Below, in pieces: positions 1 to 8,585 of a DNA stretch of 42,330 nucleotides. The notes under the pieces were generated by a model, which was not told the DNA's origin, did no database searches, and saw only the letters and a list, made by a program, of their open reading frames with translations. A program made the translations under genes and the position numbers. Where the stretch lies: positions 1-42,330 of IMG/VR virus record IMGVR_UViG_3300031787_000267. One strand, written 5' to 3'. The DNA comes from a virus (taxonomy: Duplodnaviria > Caudoviricetes). Position 1 is the first letter of the stretch. Each line of letters starts with the position of its first letter.

Positions 1-320
1 ACAAAGCCTGGTTCCAAGAACAGCTCGCGCGCATTGGCATGTCGCAACGCCAGCTCGCCAAGCGCATCAACTTGGACCCCGCGGCTGTGTCCTACATGTT
101 TGCCGGCAAGCGGGGCATGTCCATGGACGAAGCCAAGGCTATTGCCGGTGAGCTGCTCTTGCCCGTCACGGAGGTCATGCGCCAGGCCGGCATCGAGGTC
201 TTAGACGACGTGCGCAAGGTCCCAATCGCCGGCTACATCGGCCCAGGCTCCATCGTCACCCTCCTGCCCAAAGGCACCCACGACACCGCCATGGCCCCGC
301 CTGACGTGCCTTCGGGCTCG
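1..320 (+). repeat. Terminal direct repeat, left copy (matches 42011-42330)
   Basis: Alignment at offset 42010 shows 312/320 identical; mismatches at 101, 185, 203, 209, 224, 264, 302 and 311. Confidence 0.97.
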
Positions 321-581
321 TTTGCCATCCAGGTGCGCATGGTCCAGACCACCTTCGACGGCTGGTTATACTTCGTCTCAGGCGTGCAAGAACCCCCAGA
401 CCAAGCCATGGACCGGCTCTGTTTAGTCGCAGTTGAAGATGGCCGGCTGCTGCAAGGCATCGTGCGCCGTGGCTACAAACGCGATCTGTACAACCTGGTG
501 CTCTCCCCCGATGGCGGCGCCGTGCTGGAAAACCAAAAGATCGCCTGGTCCGCACGGGTTCTGTGGATTCAGCCGCTGTAA
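39..581 (+). CDS. CI-like repressor (XRE HTH plus degenerate S24-like C-terminal domain); probable true start is ATG 41989 across the circular junction (about 200 aa)
   Basis: HTH SQRQLAKRINLDPAAVSYMFAGKR; S24-like spacing VPIAGYIG..FAIQVR..DGWLYF..W.ARVLWI; divergent from a Cro-like gene. Confidence 0.85.
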   Translation: MSQRQLAKRINLDPAAVSYMFAGKRGMSMDEAKAIAGELLLPVTEVMRQAGIEVLDDVRKVPIAGYIGPGSIVTLLPKGTHDTAMAPPDVPSGSFAIQVRMVQTTFDGWLYFVSGVQEPPDQAMDRLCLVAVEDGRLLQGIVRRGYKRDLYNLVLSPDGGAVLENQKIAWSARVLWIQPL

Positions 582-594
582 TAGATTGATAATT

Positions 595-659
595 GGTGAA
601 TATTTTTCACGTATTCTTTTCTTTTGGGTGTTGAGCTTTTCTCAACGGTGAGGCAGAAT
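595..659 (+). promoter_or_regulatory. Early promoter with two operator-like palindromes
   Basis: TTGAGC(631-636)-N17-CAGAAT(654-659); palindromes GTGAA-N5-TTCAC (596-610) and GTTGAG-N5-CTCAAC (630-646), the latter overlapping the -35. Confidence 0.7.
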
Positions 660-710
660 CTCAATCACTGGCACCGCGCCAGCAACTGAAACTCAACTGG
701 AGAACTGAAC

Positions 711-926
711 ATGAAACGAATCGCCAGCGCGTCTTACTTCAAGAAGCACCCCGGTCTGATCATTGGCATCTATCGCGCCGACAAAAACGACTACCGCGTA
801 ATCGTCGAAGGCCGTGGTGAATATGCCCGTGCTACTCAGCTCGGCATCGCAAGCCAAAAAGCCAGCTACCTGGGCGCGCTGGATTCGGAAAACCTGGCCT
901 ACGAGCTCAACAAAATTGCCGCCTAA
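711..926 (+). CDS. Hypothetical early protein
   Basis: GGAG RBS; first ORF after the promoter. Confidence 0.75.
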   Translation: MKRIASASYFKKHPGLIIGIYRADKNDYRVIVEGRGEYARATQLGIASQKASYLGALDSENLAYELNKIAA

Positions 927-941
927 CCTGGAGAACACACT

Positions 942-1346
942 ATGTCACTCGCACTCGCAACCCGAACCAACGTCACCATCGAAGAACTAGTCGATCAATT
1001 TATCGGCGCCAAAGCAGCTGAGACTGCTGCGACCAAGCAGCGCGTCGCCATTGAAGAGCAAATGATCGCGCTGCTCGGTAAGCGCGACGAAGGATCCGAT
1101 ACACACGAGCTGACCAACGGATTCAAGGTCACTATCACCGGCAAGCAGACCTACAGCGCCGACATGGAACAGCTGCGCGCGATCTGCGCAAAGCTGCCCG
1201 AGGATATGCGCCCGATTAAAACCAAGGTCGAGCTCGATCAGACCGGCGCCAAGTATCTGCGCGCCAATGAGCCCGCCATTTGGGCCCAGCTCGCACAAGC
1301 CATCACTGTCAAACCTGCCAAGACCGCTGTCGAGGTGAAAGCATGA
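942..1346 (+). CDS. Hypothetical phage protein (N-terminal coiled coil)
   Basis: GGAG RBS; 134 aa; ATGA overlap with the next gene. Confidence 0.8.
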   Translation: MSLALATRTNVTIEELVDQFIGAKAAETAATKQRVAIEEQMIALLGKRDEGSDTHELTNGFKVTITGKQTYSADMEQLRAICAKLPEDMRPIKTKVELDQTGAKYLRANEPAIWAQLAQAITVKPAKTAVEVKA

Positions 1347-1540
1347 ACGCCGTGGCCGACCTGTATGAAGCAACCGAGTTTGAAGACATGCTCCACAGCG
1401 CTGAATCCAACGCTGCCAACGCCTGGGAACAAGACTTTGTTTCCGGCGTGCGTGAGAAGTGGCTGCTGTACGGTCGCCGCATGTTCCTCTCCGACAAGCA
1501 AGACGAAATCTTGAAGCGAATTGCTAGCGATGAAAGTTAA
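1343..1540 (+). CDS. Hypothetical protein (MNAVADLYE...)
   Basis: ATG 1343 overlaps the upstream stop (ATGA), so it is preferred over the track start at 1280. Confidence 0.7.
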   Translation: MNAVADLYEATEFEDMLHSAESNAANAWEQDFVSGVREKWLLYGRRMFLSDKQDEILKRIASDES

Positions 1541-1622
1541 CCTGCTCACCGTTGCGTACGTCCTAGTCTACACCGCCGCCTTCATTGTCGGCTTGATGGA
1601 TCTGCTGGTATGGCGCCCATAA
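1530..1622 (+). CDS. 30-aa single-TM peptide MKVNLLTVAYVLVYTAAFIVGLMDLLVWRP (not in ORF track)
   Basis: Translated by hand; fills the gap between genes; hydrophobic helix ending DLLVWRP. Confidence 0.65.
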   Translation: MKVNLLTVAYVLVYTAAFIVGLMDLLVWRP

Positions 1623-1641
1623 CCCTAACTGAAAGCAAACC

Positions 1642-2373
1642 ATGGCATTCAATCTGAACTCAATCAAACGCTCAACTGGTATCAAGGCGCCACGCGTCAT
1701 GATCTACGGCCCGCACGGCTTGGGTAAAACCACCTTCGGCGCCGGCGCACCTGCACCGATTTTCATCCTGACCGAAGACGGCCTGGGCCGCCTCGAGGTT
1801 GATCATTTCCCCTTGGCCGCGTCTTATGACGATGTGGTTGGTGCGATATCCACACTATATAGCGATGATCACACCTTCGGCACGGTCGTGATCGACTCGC
1901 TCGACTGGCTCGACAACCTGATCTGGCAAGACATCAACGCCAAGCACGACGCCAAGGACCTGGCTTACGGCAAGGGCGCCGTGATCGCGGCGGACTACTG
2001 GCGCGCAATCCTCGAGGGCTTGTCCGCACTGCGTGACGAAAAGGGCATGGCCATCGTGCTGATCGCCCACGCTGAGATCAAGCGCTTCGACTCACCCGAA
2101 GTCGAACCCTTCGAGCGCTACCAGCCCAAGCTCCAGGCACGCAGCTCCGCCCTGATCCAAGAGTGGTGCGACGCCGTGCTGTTCTGCAATTACAAGACCA
2201 TCGTCAAGAAAGAAGACGTGGGCTTTAACCGCGAGGTCAACCGCGGCATCACCACCGGCGAGCGCCTGCTGCACGCCAACGAGAAGCCGGCGTATCTCGC
2301 TAAGAACCGCTACTCGCTACCTGATTCACTCCCACTGTCGTGGGAGAGTTTTGCAACCGCAATCGCCAACTAA
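1642..2373 (+). CDS. AAA_24 / Sak4-like ATPase (ssDNA-annealing recombination protein)
   Basis: Walker A YGPHGLGKT, Walker B VVIDSLD, LIAH and AKNR motifs; adjacent to SSB and nuclease genes. Confidence 0.85.
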   Translation: MAFNLNSIKRSTGIKAPRVMIYGPHGLGKTTFGAGAPAPIFILTEDGLGRLEVDHFPLAASYDDVVGAISTLYSDDHTFGTVVIDSLDWLDNLIWQDINAKHDAKDLAYGKGAVIAADYWRAILEGLSALRDEKGMAIVLIAHAEIKRFDSPEVEPFERYQPKLQARSSALIQEWCDAVLFCNYKTIVKKEDVGFNREVNRGITTGERLLHANEKPAYLAKNRYSLPDSLPLSWESFATAIAN

Positions 2374-2386
2374 GGAGAACTGAACC

Positions 2387-2887
2387 ATGGCACAACTGAA
2401 CTTTGATGCAAACAACGTCGAGCCGTCCGAGAGCTTTGATGTCCTGCCGAAAGGCAAGTACCTGGCAATGGCCGTGGCCAGCCAGATCAAGCCCACCAAG
2501 TCTGGCACGGGTGAGTACTTGGAGATCACCTTCGAGGTGCTCGATGGCCAGGGCAAGGGTCGCAAGATCTGGGAGCGATTGAACATTCGCAACTCGAACA
2601 AGAAGGCCGAAGAGATTAGCCAGCGCCAGCTCTCGGCCCTGTGCCGCGCAGTCGGCGTGCTGAACCTGCAAGACAGCGATCAGCTGCACAACATCCCCGT
2701 GGTGCTCGAGGTCGATGTCGAAGAGCGCGAAGGCTACAGCGCGCAGAACCGCGTCAAAGGCTACAGCGGATCCGGCAACACCGCACCAGTCGCCAGCTCC
2801 CCTGCCCTGCGTGCGGCATCAGCACCGCCAGCAGCCCCGGCTGCCGCTCCAGCAGCACCCGTCTGGAAGCGCAAAGCCACGGCGTAA
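2387..2887 (+). CDS. DUF669-like single-stranded DNA-binding protein
   Basis: LPKGKY..YLEITFEV..GRKIWERLN..NRVKGY pattern, Ala/Pro-rich tail, Sak4 gene context. Confidence 0.8.
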   Translation: MAQLNFDANNVEPSESFDVLPKGKYLAMAVASQIKPTKSGTGEYLEITFEVLDGQGKGRKIWERLNIRNSNKKAEEISQRQLSALCRAVGVLNLQDSDQLHNIPVVLEVDVEEREGYSAQNRVKGYSGSGNTAPVASSPALRAASAPPAAPAAAPAAPVWKRKATA

Positions 2888-2895
2888 TTGATTAC

Positions 2896-2969
2896 GGGGG
2901 AAAGCGGATTCCGTAGAGCGCCAGATCGCACCACTGGCACAGAGAAAGCTGCGGTGTAGCGAGTACCCC
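2896..2969 (+). ncRNA. Candidate structured intergenic RNA
   Basis: Nested stems GGGG/CCCC, GC/GC, CCGUAG/CUGCGG and GCCAG/CUGGC, with a GAAA/GAGUA internal loop. Confidence 0.5.
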
Positions 2970-2988
2970 ACCCAACTGAAAGCTGAAC

Positions 2989-4086
2989 ATGAAACTACCT
3001 GAACCTGTTCACACGCACACCACCGCCATGGCAATCGTGCAGTGGTACGAGAAGAAGACCGACGAGCCACGCCCGCACCTGGGCGCTTCCGAGATTGGCC
3101 GGCCCTGCGATCGCGCGCTTTGGTACGGCTTTCGCTGGGCCACGCGTCGCACATTCCCTGGTCGCATCAAGCGCCTGTTCGATACCGGCTTTCGTGAAGA
3201 GGTGCGGTTCCTCGAGGAGCTCAAAGGCATCGGCGTAGAAATCTATGACCGTGACCCGGTCACCAAATTGCAGCACCGCTTCGAAGCTATCGACGGTCAC
3301 TTCGGTGGCAGCTGCGACGGCATCGGCCGCGGGTTTCCCGAAGCGCCTAAGACCTGGGCCGTGACCGAATTCAAGACACACAGCGCAAAGAGCTTTACTG
3401 AGCTGGTGCGTGACGGCGTAGAAAAATCTAAGCCCGAGCACTATGCGCAGATGCAGGTCTACATGGGCCTAGCCGAGCTCGACCGTGCGCTGTACCTGGC
3501 AGTCAACAAAGACACCGACGAGCTCTATACCCAGTGGGTGCACTTCGACAAGGCTGCCTTCGAAGCATCGATGGCGCGCGCTGAAAAAATCATACGCGCT
3601 GATGAGCCGCCGCCAGGCGTCAGCACCGACCCGGCCTGGTGGCAGTGCAAGTTTTGCGACCACCAAACGCTGTGCCATGGCCAGGTCGCAGCAGCCAAGA
3701 GCTGCCGCACCTGCGTGCACTCGAGCCCAGCGCCCGAAGGCCTGTGGCATTGCGAGTCGCAGAAGCGCAGCCTGTCGGTCGCCGAGCAGCGCATCGGCTG
3801 CCGGTCCCACCTGGTACTGCCACCACTGGTGAGTTACGCCGAGGCCATCGATGCTGGCCCCGACTTCATCAAGTACCAACACAAGGACGACGGCACCATC
3901 TTCGCCAACTGCACCGAGGACGCAGACAAGAGCGAAGAGAACATGGGCACCGACATCGTGGCGTGCTTAACCAGCGCCGAGATGGAGCACGCGCCACGCT
4001 CGCTAGTGACAGACAAATTCACCATGGAAATTCGCAAAGAATTTAATGCGCGCTTTGTGGGTGGCAAGGTCGTGGGGGAAGTATGA
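2989..4086 (+). CDS. Cas4-like PD-(D/E)XK exonuclease
   Basis: GASEIGRPC, GSCDG, EFKT, HYAQMQVYM and CKFC..C Fe-S-type cysteines, plus an extra CRTC cluster. Confidence 0.85.
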   Translation: MKLPEPVHTHTTAMAIVQWYEKKTDEPRPHLGASEIGRPCDRALWYGFRWATRRTFPGRIKRLFDTGFREEVRFLEELKGIGVEIYDRDPVTKLQHRFEAIDGHFGGSCDGIGRGFPEAPKTWAVTEFKTHSAKSFTELVRDGVEKSKPEHYAQMQVYMGLAELDRALYLAVNKDTDELYTQWVHFDKAAFEASMARAEKIIRADEPPPGVSTDPAWWQCKFCDHQTLCHGQVAAAKSCRTCVHSSPAPEGLWHCESQKRSLSVAEQRIGCRSHLVLPPLVSYAEAIDAGPDFIKYQHKDDGTIFANCTEDADKSEENMGTDIVACLTSAEMEHAPRSLVTDKFTMEIRKEFNARFVGGKVVGEV

Positions 4087-4283
4087 AACGTGCAGAAGAG
4101 CTTGCCGACTACCTTGACGAAAACGCTCGCAGACCACTCGACAACGACGCTGCCGCGATACTGCGCCAACTCTCACGCGTGCATGCCGTCGCCACTGAGA
4201 TGGTCCGCACCAAAGACCACGCACGCAGAAACGCTGCGTACCTGGAAATGGTTGACCTGATCAAGGGGAAGCAAGGTGTCTGA
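4083..4283 (+). CDS. Hypothetical protein
   Basis: ATGA overlap with the nuclease gene. Confidence 0.7.
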   Translation: MKRAEELADYLDENARRPLDNDAAAILRQLSRVHAVATEMVRTKDHARRNAAYLEMVDLIKGKQGV

Positions 4284-4578
4284 TCTCGATCTTATGCGCG
4301 AACTGCTGCGCGCCTGGGACAGCATGAAGGTCGAAGCGGTGACTAGCGTATTGCATAAAATCCGCGATCGCGTAACCGCTCCGCAGTACCGCATCTGCAC
4401 TTGGACCTATGAACATCGCGACGACTTCTACAGCACCACATGCCAGCACGCGTTCGTACTGAACGACGGCACGCCTCACAGCAACAACATGGTGATCTGC
4501 TGCTACTGCGGCGGCAACCTGGTCGAGCGCCATCTGACCGAAGCTGGTCGCCTGCACATGATGAAAGACGCCCAATGA
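4276..4578 (+). CDS. Hypothetical protein with Cys-rich (zinc-ribbon-like) C-terminus
   Basis: CTW..TTC..CCYCGG; overlaps both neighbours. Confidence 0.7.
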   Translation: MSDLDLMRELLRAWDSMKVEAVTSVLHKIRDRVTAPQYRICTWTYEHRDDFYSTTCQHAFVLNDGTPHSNNMVICCYCGGNLVERHLTEAGRLHMMKDAQ

Positions 4579-6173
4579 AAGCACGCCCCTATCAAGCTGA
4601 AGCGATTGCCAGCATCTTTGACTGGTTTGCTGCTGGCCACGACGCACCGCTTATCGTGCTGCCTACTGGCGCCGGCAAAAGTTTTGTGCTGGCCGATTTT
4701 ATTCGCCAGGCAATCACGTCCTTCCCTGACACGCGCATCCTGGTGGTTACCCACGTCAAGGAACTGGTCGAGCAAGACGCTGCCGCAATCCGCAAAGTGT
4801 GGCCGCATGCCAGCGTCGGCATCTACTCTGCCGGCTTGGGCTTGCGTCAATTTAAACCCATCACCGTGGCCAGCATTCAGTCAATCTACAAGCGCGAAGC
4901 CTTCTATGGCCGGTTCGATCTGATCATCGTGGATGAAGCGCACCTGATCCCGCACGCGAGCACTGGCATGTATCGCCGACTGCTGGAGAAATCTGCGCAG
5001 GCCAACCCCGACGTGAAGCTGATTGGCTTAACCGCGACACCGTACCGGCTCGACTCCGGCGTGCTGCACCAGGGCGACGGCGCCATGTTTGATGGCATCA
5101 GCTATGAGGCCAACGTCGCTGACCTAATCGCGGCCGGGTATCTGTGCCCACTGACCGCGCAGCACGGCGCGAACGTGGACCTGTCCGGCGTGCGCATGGT
5201 CGGTGGCGAATTTAACCTGGGCCAGCTCGGCGAGCGCATGGCGGCCATGGAGCTAGTCCAGCATCATGCCGACCTGATCATCGAGCGCTGCGCCGATCGC
5301 AATGCCTGGTTGATCTTCTGCGTCACCGTGCAGCACGCAAGTGCAGTAAGTGCAGCACTTAGAGTGCGCGGCATTCCGGCCGCCTACGTGTCAGGTGAGA
5401 CACCCAACGACGAACGCGACCAGATCATTACCGACTTCAAAGCCGGCAAGCTGCGCGCCCTGGTCAACTGCAACATTCTCACCACCGGGTTTGACCACCC
5501 GGCCACCGACGCGGTCGTCATGCTGCGCCCGACCATGTCGCCAGGCTTGTACGTGCAGATGGTCGGCCGTGGCCTGCGCCTGCACGAGAGCAAGACGAAT
5601 TGCCTGGTGCTCGACTTCGGCGGCAACGTCAAGCGACACGGATTCATTGACGCCGTCGAGCCGCCGCGCAAGGGTAAGAAGGGCGAGCCACAGGAAGCGC
5701 CGGTCAAAGAGTGCCCAGACTGCCACCGCTTGGTGGCGATCAGCCTACAGGTGTGCGAGTGCGGCCATGAGTTTGAAATCGCCCCACGCACAAACGAAAA
5801 GGAAGCGCACGTCGGCGTCATGCTGGCCGCTGAAATCAAACCGGTGGAGCTCGATGTGCTGCGCGTCTACTATAGCCGGCACGTCGGTAAGTCAGGCGTG
5901 CCGACGCTGCGCGTGGATTACCAGTGCGGCCTGCGCACTGTTACCGAGTATGTGTGTATCGAGCACGCCGGCTATGCGCGAAGCAAGGCCATTGCCTGGT
6001 GGGGTCGTCGGTGCAGCGATCTGTTCGGGCCCGTGCCAGACTCGGTAGACGACGCGATTGACTTGGTAGATCAGTTGCTCACGCCGGAGCGCATCGTGGT
6101 GTCATTTGCAACCAAGTACCCAGAGATTAAGCGCCATTGCTTTGCGCTAAGTGATGAGACGCTGACAACATGA
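4575..6173 (+). CDS. SF2 DEAH-box helicase (RadD/UvsW-like) with zinc finger
   Basis: RPYQ, PTGAGKS, DEAH, TAT, QMVGRGLR and CPDC..CEC; start 4575 chosen from the ATGA overlap. Confidence 0.92.
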   Translation: MKARPYQAEAIASIFDWFAAGHDAPLIVLPTGAGKSFVLADFIRQAITSFPDTRILVVTHVKELVEQDAAAIRKVWPHASVGIYSAGLGLRQFKPITVASIQSIYKREAFYGRFDLIIVDEAHLIPHASTGMYRRLLEKSAQANPDVKLIGLTATPYRLDSGVLHQGDGAMFDGISYEANVADLIAAGYLCPLTAQHGANVDLSGVRMVGGEFNLGQLGERMAAMELVQHHADLIIERCADRNAWLIFCVTVQHASAVSAALRVRGIPAAYVSGETPNDERDQIITDFKAGKLRALVNCNILTTGFDHPATDAVVMLRPTMSPGLYVQMVGRGLRLHESKTNCLVLDFGGNVKRHGFIDAVEPPRKGKKGEPQEAPVKECPDCHRLVAISLQVCECGHEFEIAPRTNEKEAHVGVMLAAEIKPVELDVLRVYYSRHVGKSGVPTLRVDYQCGLRTVTEYVCIEHAGYARSKAIAWWGRRCSDLFGPVPDSVDDAIDLVDQLLTPERIVVSFATKYPEIKRHCFALSDETLTT

Positions 6174-6199
6174 TGAACACTACGCATCAGGAGGCTATC

Positions 6200-6388
6200 A
6201 TGCGAACACTGATCAAGCTGACGTTTTTCTTATGGCTCGCAATCTCAGCGCTGCTGGTGCTGACCACAGAGCGGCACATGCCCTCCGGCCAGGTCGCATT
6301 AGCAGGGCTGTGCGCACTGTCTTTTTTTGGTGGCGTGAGCGGCATCTTCGCCGCGATTTACGACGCCATTCGCGACGACACGAGGTGA
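6200..6388 (+). CDS. Small two-TM membrane protein
   Basis: AGGAGG RBS before ATG 6200; two hydrophobic segments. Confidence 0.7.
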   Translation: MRTLIKLTFFLWLAISALLVLTTERHMPSGQVALAGLCALSFFGGVSGIFAAIYDAIRDDTR

Positions 6389-6390
6389 TC

Positions 6391-6606
6391 ATGGAACAAC
6401 TTGTAGAGAACAGACACGACAAGCCGCTGCGCTTTGTCGACACCGGCAAAGTAAAGATCGGCATCTACTACGTGCCGAAGCCTAGCGCAGAAACTTTCTG
6501 CGACATGGAGTTCATCCAGAAAGCGCTGCTGCCCAGGTCATTGGGCCCGCTGCACGCCATCACCTGGCCCACACCGCGCCAGATCCTGCGCTGGTTCATG
6601 TCGTAA
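6391..6606 (+). CDS. Hypothetical protein (MEQLVENRHDKP...)
   Basis: GAGG RBS; TAATG coupling to the next gene. Confidence 0.65.
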   Translation: MEQLVENRHDKPLRFVDTGKVKIGIYYVPKPSAETFCDMEFIQKALLPRSLGPLHAITWPTPRQILRWFMS

Positions 6607-6974
6607 TGCCCAGCGTTCCCGTCACCCGCCAGGCCATTGTCGAGCTGCTCAAAGAGCACGGGCCGTTGCACGCCAGCGTTATAGCAAGTCAGCTCGACAA
6701 GAACGTGCGCACCGTGCGCAGCGCGATTCGTTTAATGCACCAGCAACGCATGGTGCACATCAGCGGCTGGCATCGAAACTTCGGCACACGCGGCGACTGG
6801 GCTGCGATCTATGCGCTAGGCACAGGGCCCGATCGAAAACAACCACAGGTCGACGCGCACAAGCAGGCCAACGAACGCTATCGAGAAAAGTATCGCGAAG
6901 TTTTACGTCGTCGCATGCGCGCCCGACGCGGCAAGCAGGTCGATCACTGGCTCGCCATTTTGCAGACCAACTAA
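6606..6974 (+). CDS. Winged-helix DNA-binding protein
   Basis: TRQAIVELLKEHGPLHASVIASQLDKNVRTVRSAIRLM wHTH pattern; basic C-terminus. Confidence 0.75.
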   Translation: MPSVPVTRQAIVELLKEHGPLHASVIASQLDKNVRTVRSAIRLMHQQRMVHISGWHRNFGTRGDWAAIYALGTGPDRKQPQVDAHKQANERYREKYREVLRRRMRARRGKQVDHWLAILQTN

Positions 6975-6988
6975 GAAAGGAGAACAAC

Positions 6989-7198
6989 ATGAAGAATGAT
7001 CTGCACCAGCTGGCCGAGCGCCAGCGTGCCCGTGAGTGGCAAGGCGAAGTGGCCACGCCGCGGGTGTTTGTAAAGCAAGGCGAATACACCGGCGCCGAAC
7101 TTCGCAGTAAATGGCGTCACACCATCTGGGACACCATACCTAGCCGCATGAGCGGCAAGCGTCACTACCGCGACGGTAGTGTTGAAATGGCTGATTGA
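6989..7198 (+). CDS. Hypothetical protein
   Basis: AGGAGA RBS; 69 aa. Confidence 0.7.
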   Translation: MKNDLHQLAERQRAREWQGEVATPRVFVKQGEYTGAELRSKWRHTIWDTIPSRMSGKRHYRDGSVEMAD

Positions 7199-7212
7199 AA
7201 GGTTGGTGAGTT

Positions 7213-7491
7213 ATGATCGCTGAACCTCCCCCACAAATCGCACCGGCCTCCTATGTGACCATCGCACTTGCGTCGGCTATTACCGGCTTGTCCGAGAAAG
7301 CAATTCGACGCAAGATCGAGGAAGGTAAGTGGCTTGAAGGTAAAGAGTTCCGGCGCTCGCCGGACGGCGGGATATTTATTTCCTTGAAGGGATATGAGCA
7401 ATGGGTCGAAGGGGATCGGGCGTCGAGGTCCGGCAGAGCAGTATCCGCATCCAGTTTGTCCTTGATGGCGAAACGTGCCGAGAGCGATTGA
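7213..7491 (+). CDS. xis: Excisionase
   Basis: YVTIALASAITGLSEKAIRRKIEEGKWLEGKEFRRSPDG..YEQWVE signature; overlaps the integrase start. Confidence 0.85.
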   Translation: MIAEPPPQIAPASYVTIALASAITGLSEKAIRRKIEEGKWLEGKEFRRSPDGGIFISLKGYEQWVEGDRASRSGRAVSASSLSLMAKRAESD

Positions 7492-8585
7492 TTGTTGACG
7501 GCAAGCCGCTGCTGCCTACACCAGGCAACTTGCGCACCGCCGAGCTGATTTCTCAGCAGATCAAAAAGCGCATCGCGCAAGGCACGTTTGACTATGCTGA
7601 GTTCTTTCCAGAGTCAGCACGCGCTAAAGTAAAACCACCTAATGCTTTTGGCGTCGTGGCCGATCTGTGGCTTAAATCAAAAGGTCAGCTCGAGGCTGCA
7701 ACGAAAGACCAGTACAACAATGCTGTGGCATTTTGGAAGCGCTTGCTGGGTGACGACAAGCCCATCGACAAGCTGACCTACCAAGTGCTCGCCTCCAAGA
7801 TCGGCAGCCATCCCTGGGCCAGCGCCAAGTCAGCCAACAATTACTTGATTGTCCTGCGCGGCATATTTGGTTTCGAGTACACGGGCCGGCGCGCTGCCGA
7901 CAATCCCATGACCGGCATCAAGAACATGAAGGTGGTGAAGAAGCTACCTGACCCGCTGACCGCGGACGAGCGCGACCGCATCCTGGCCGAGCTGACCCGT
8001 CGATACGATCCTCGCGTGGCCGCTTACTTTGCCTTTGCCTTTTACACCGGCATGCGCCCGGAGGAAATCATCGCACTGCGCTGGTCAGATATTGACTGGC
8101 AAGACAAGACGGCGCGCATGCAGCGCGTGCGCACCTTCCGTGGCTCGGAGCGAGATGGATCGAAGACGCATGCCGAGCGAGACATTGACCTTGTCAGCCC
8201 CGCCCTGGAGGCGCTGACGGCCATGAAAGCGCACACCTTCATGAAGGGTGAGGACATCTTCGAAAACCCCGTCACGGGCCTGCCATGGCACGATGAGCGT
8301 GCCCAGCGGGACAACTACTGGACCCCGACCTTAAAGCGTCTGGGCATCCGTCACCGCCGCGCCTATAACACCCGGCACACTTACGCGACCACCGCCCTGA
8401 TGGCCGGCGTCAACCCGGCCTACATCGCCAGGCAACTGGGCCACGCGAACACGAAGATGCTGTTTGAGAAGTACGCCCGCTGGATTGACGGTGCTGACAA
8501 AGGCACCGAGCGGCGTGCGCTGGAAGCAGCGCTCAACAAGAATTCATCCCAGAATTCATCCCAACAAAAAACCGGATTGACCTAA
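7401..8585 (+). CDS. int: Tyrosine integrase with N-terminal arm-binding domain
   Basis: TGMRPEE (R), GSKT (K), YNTRHT, QLGH and KYARW (Y) motifs. Confidence 0.95.
   Translation: MGRRGSGVEVRQSSIRIQFVLDGETCRERLIVDGKPLLPTPGNLRTAELISQQIKKRIAQGTFDYAEFFPESARAKVKPPNAFGVVADLWLKSKGQLEAATKDQYNNAVAFWKRLLGDDKPIDKLTYQVLASKIGSHPWASAKSANNYLIVLRGIFGFEYTGRRAADNPMTGIKNMKVVKKLPDPLTADERDRILAELTRRYDPRVAAYFAFAFYTGMRPEEIIALRWSDIDWQDKTARMQRVRTFRGSERDGSKTHAERDIDLVSPALEALTAMKAHTFMKGEDIFENPVTGLPWHDERAQRDNYWTPTLKRLGIRHRRAYNTRHTYATTALMAGVNPAYIARQLGHANTKMLFEKYARWIDGADKGTERRALEAALNKNSSQNSSQQKTGLT

Noticed and set aside
1-320. Biological T7-like direct terminal repeats
   Set aside because: The repeat cuts through the repressor gene and the copies are not identical, which fits an assembly overlap better.
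2989-4086. CRISPR-associated Cas4 or a CRISPR array
   Set aside because: No repeat-spacer array and no other cas genes; the context is a Sak4/SSB recombination module.
4440-4574. N-terminal extension of the helicase in the ORF track
   Set aside because: It overlaps the upstream gene; helicase motifs start at ATG 4575, which has an ATGA coupling.
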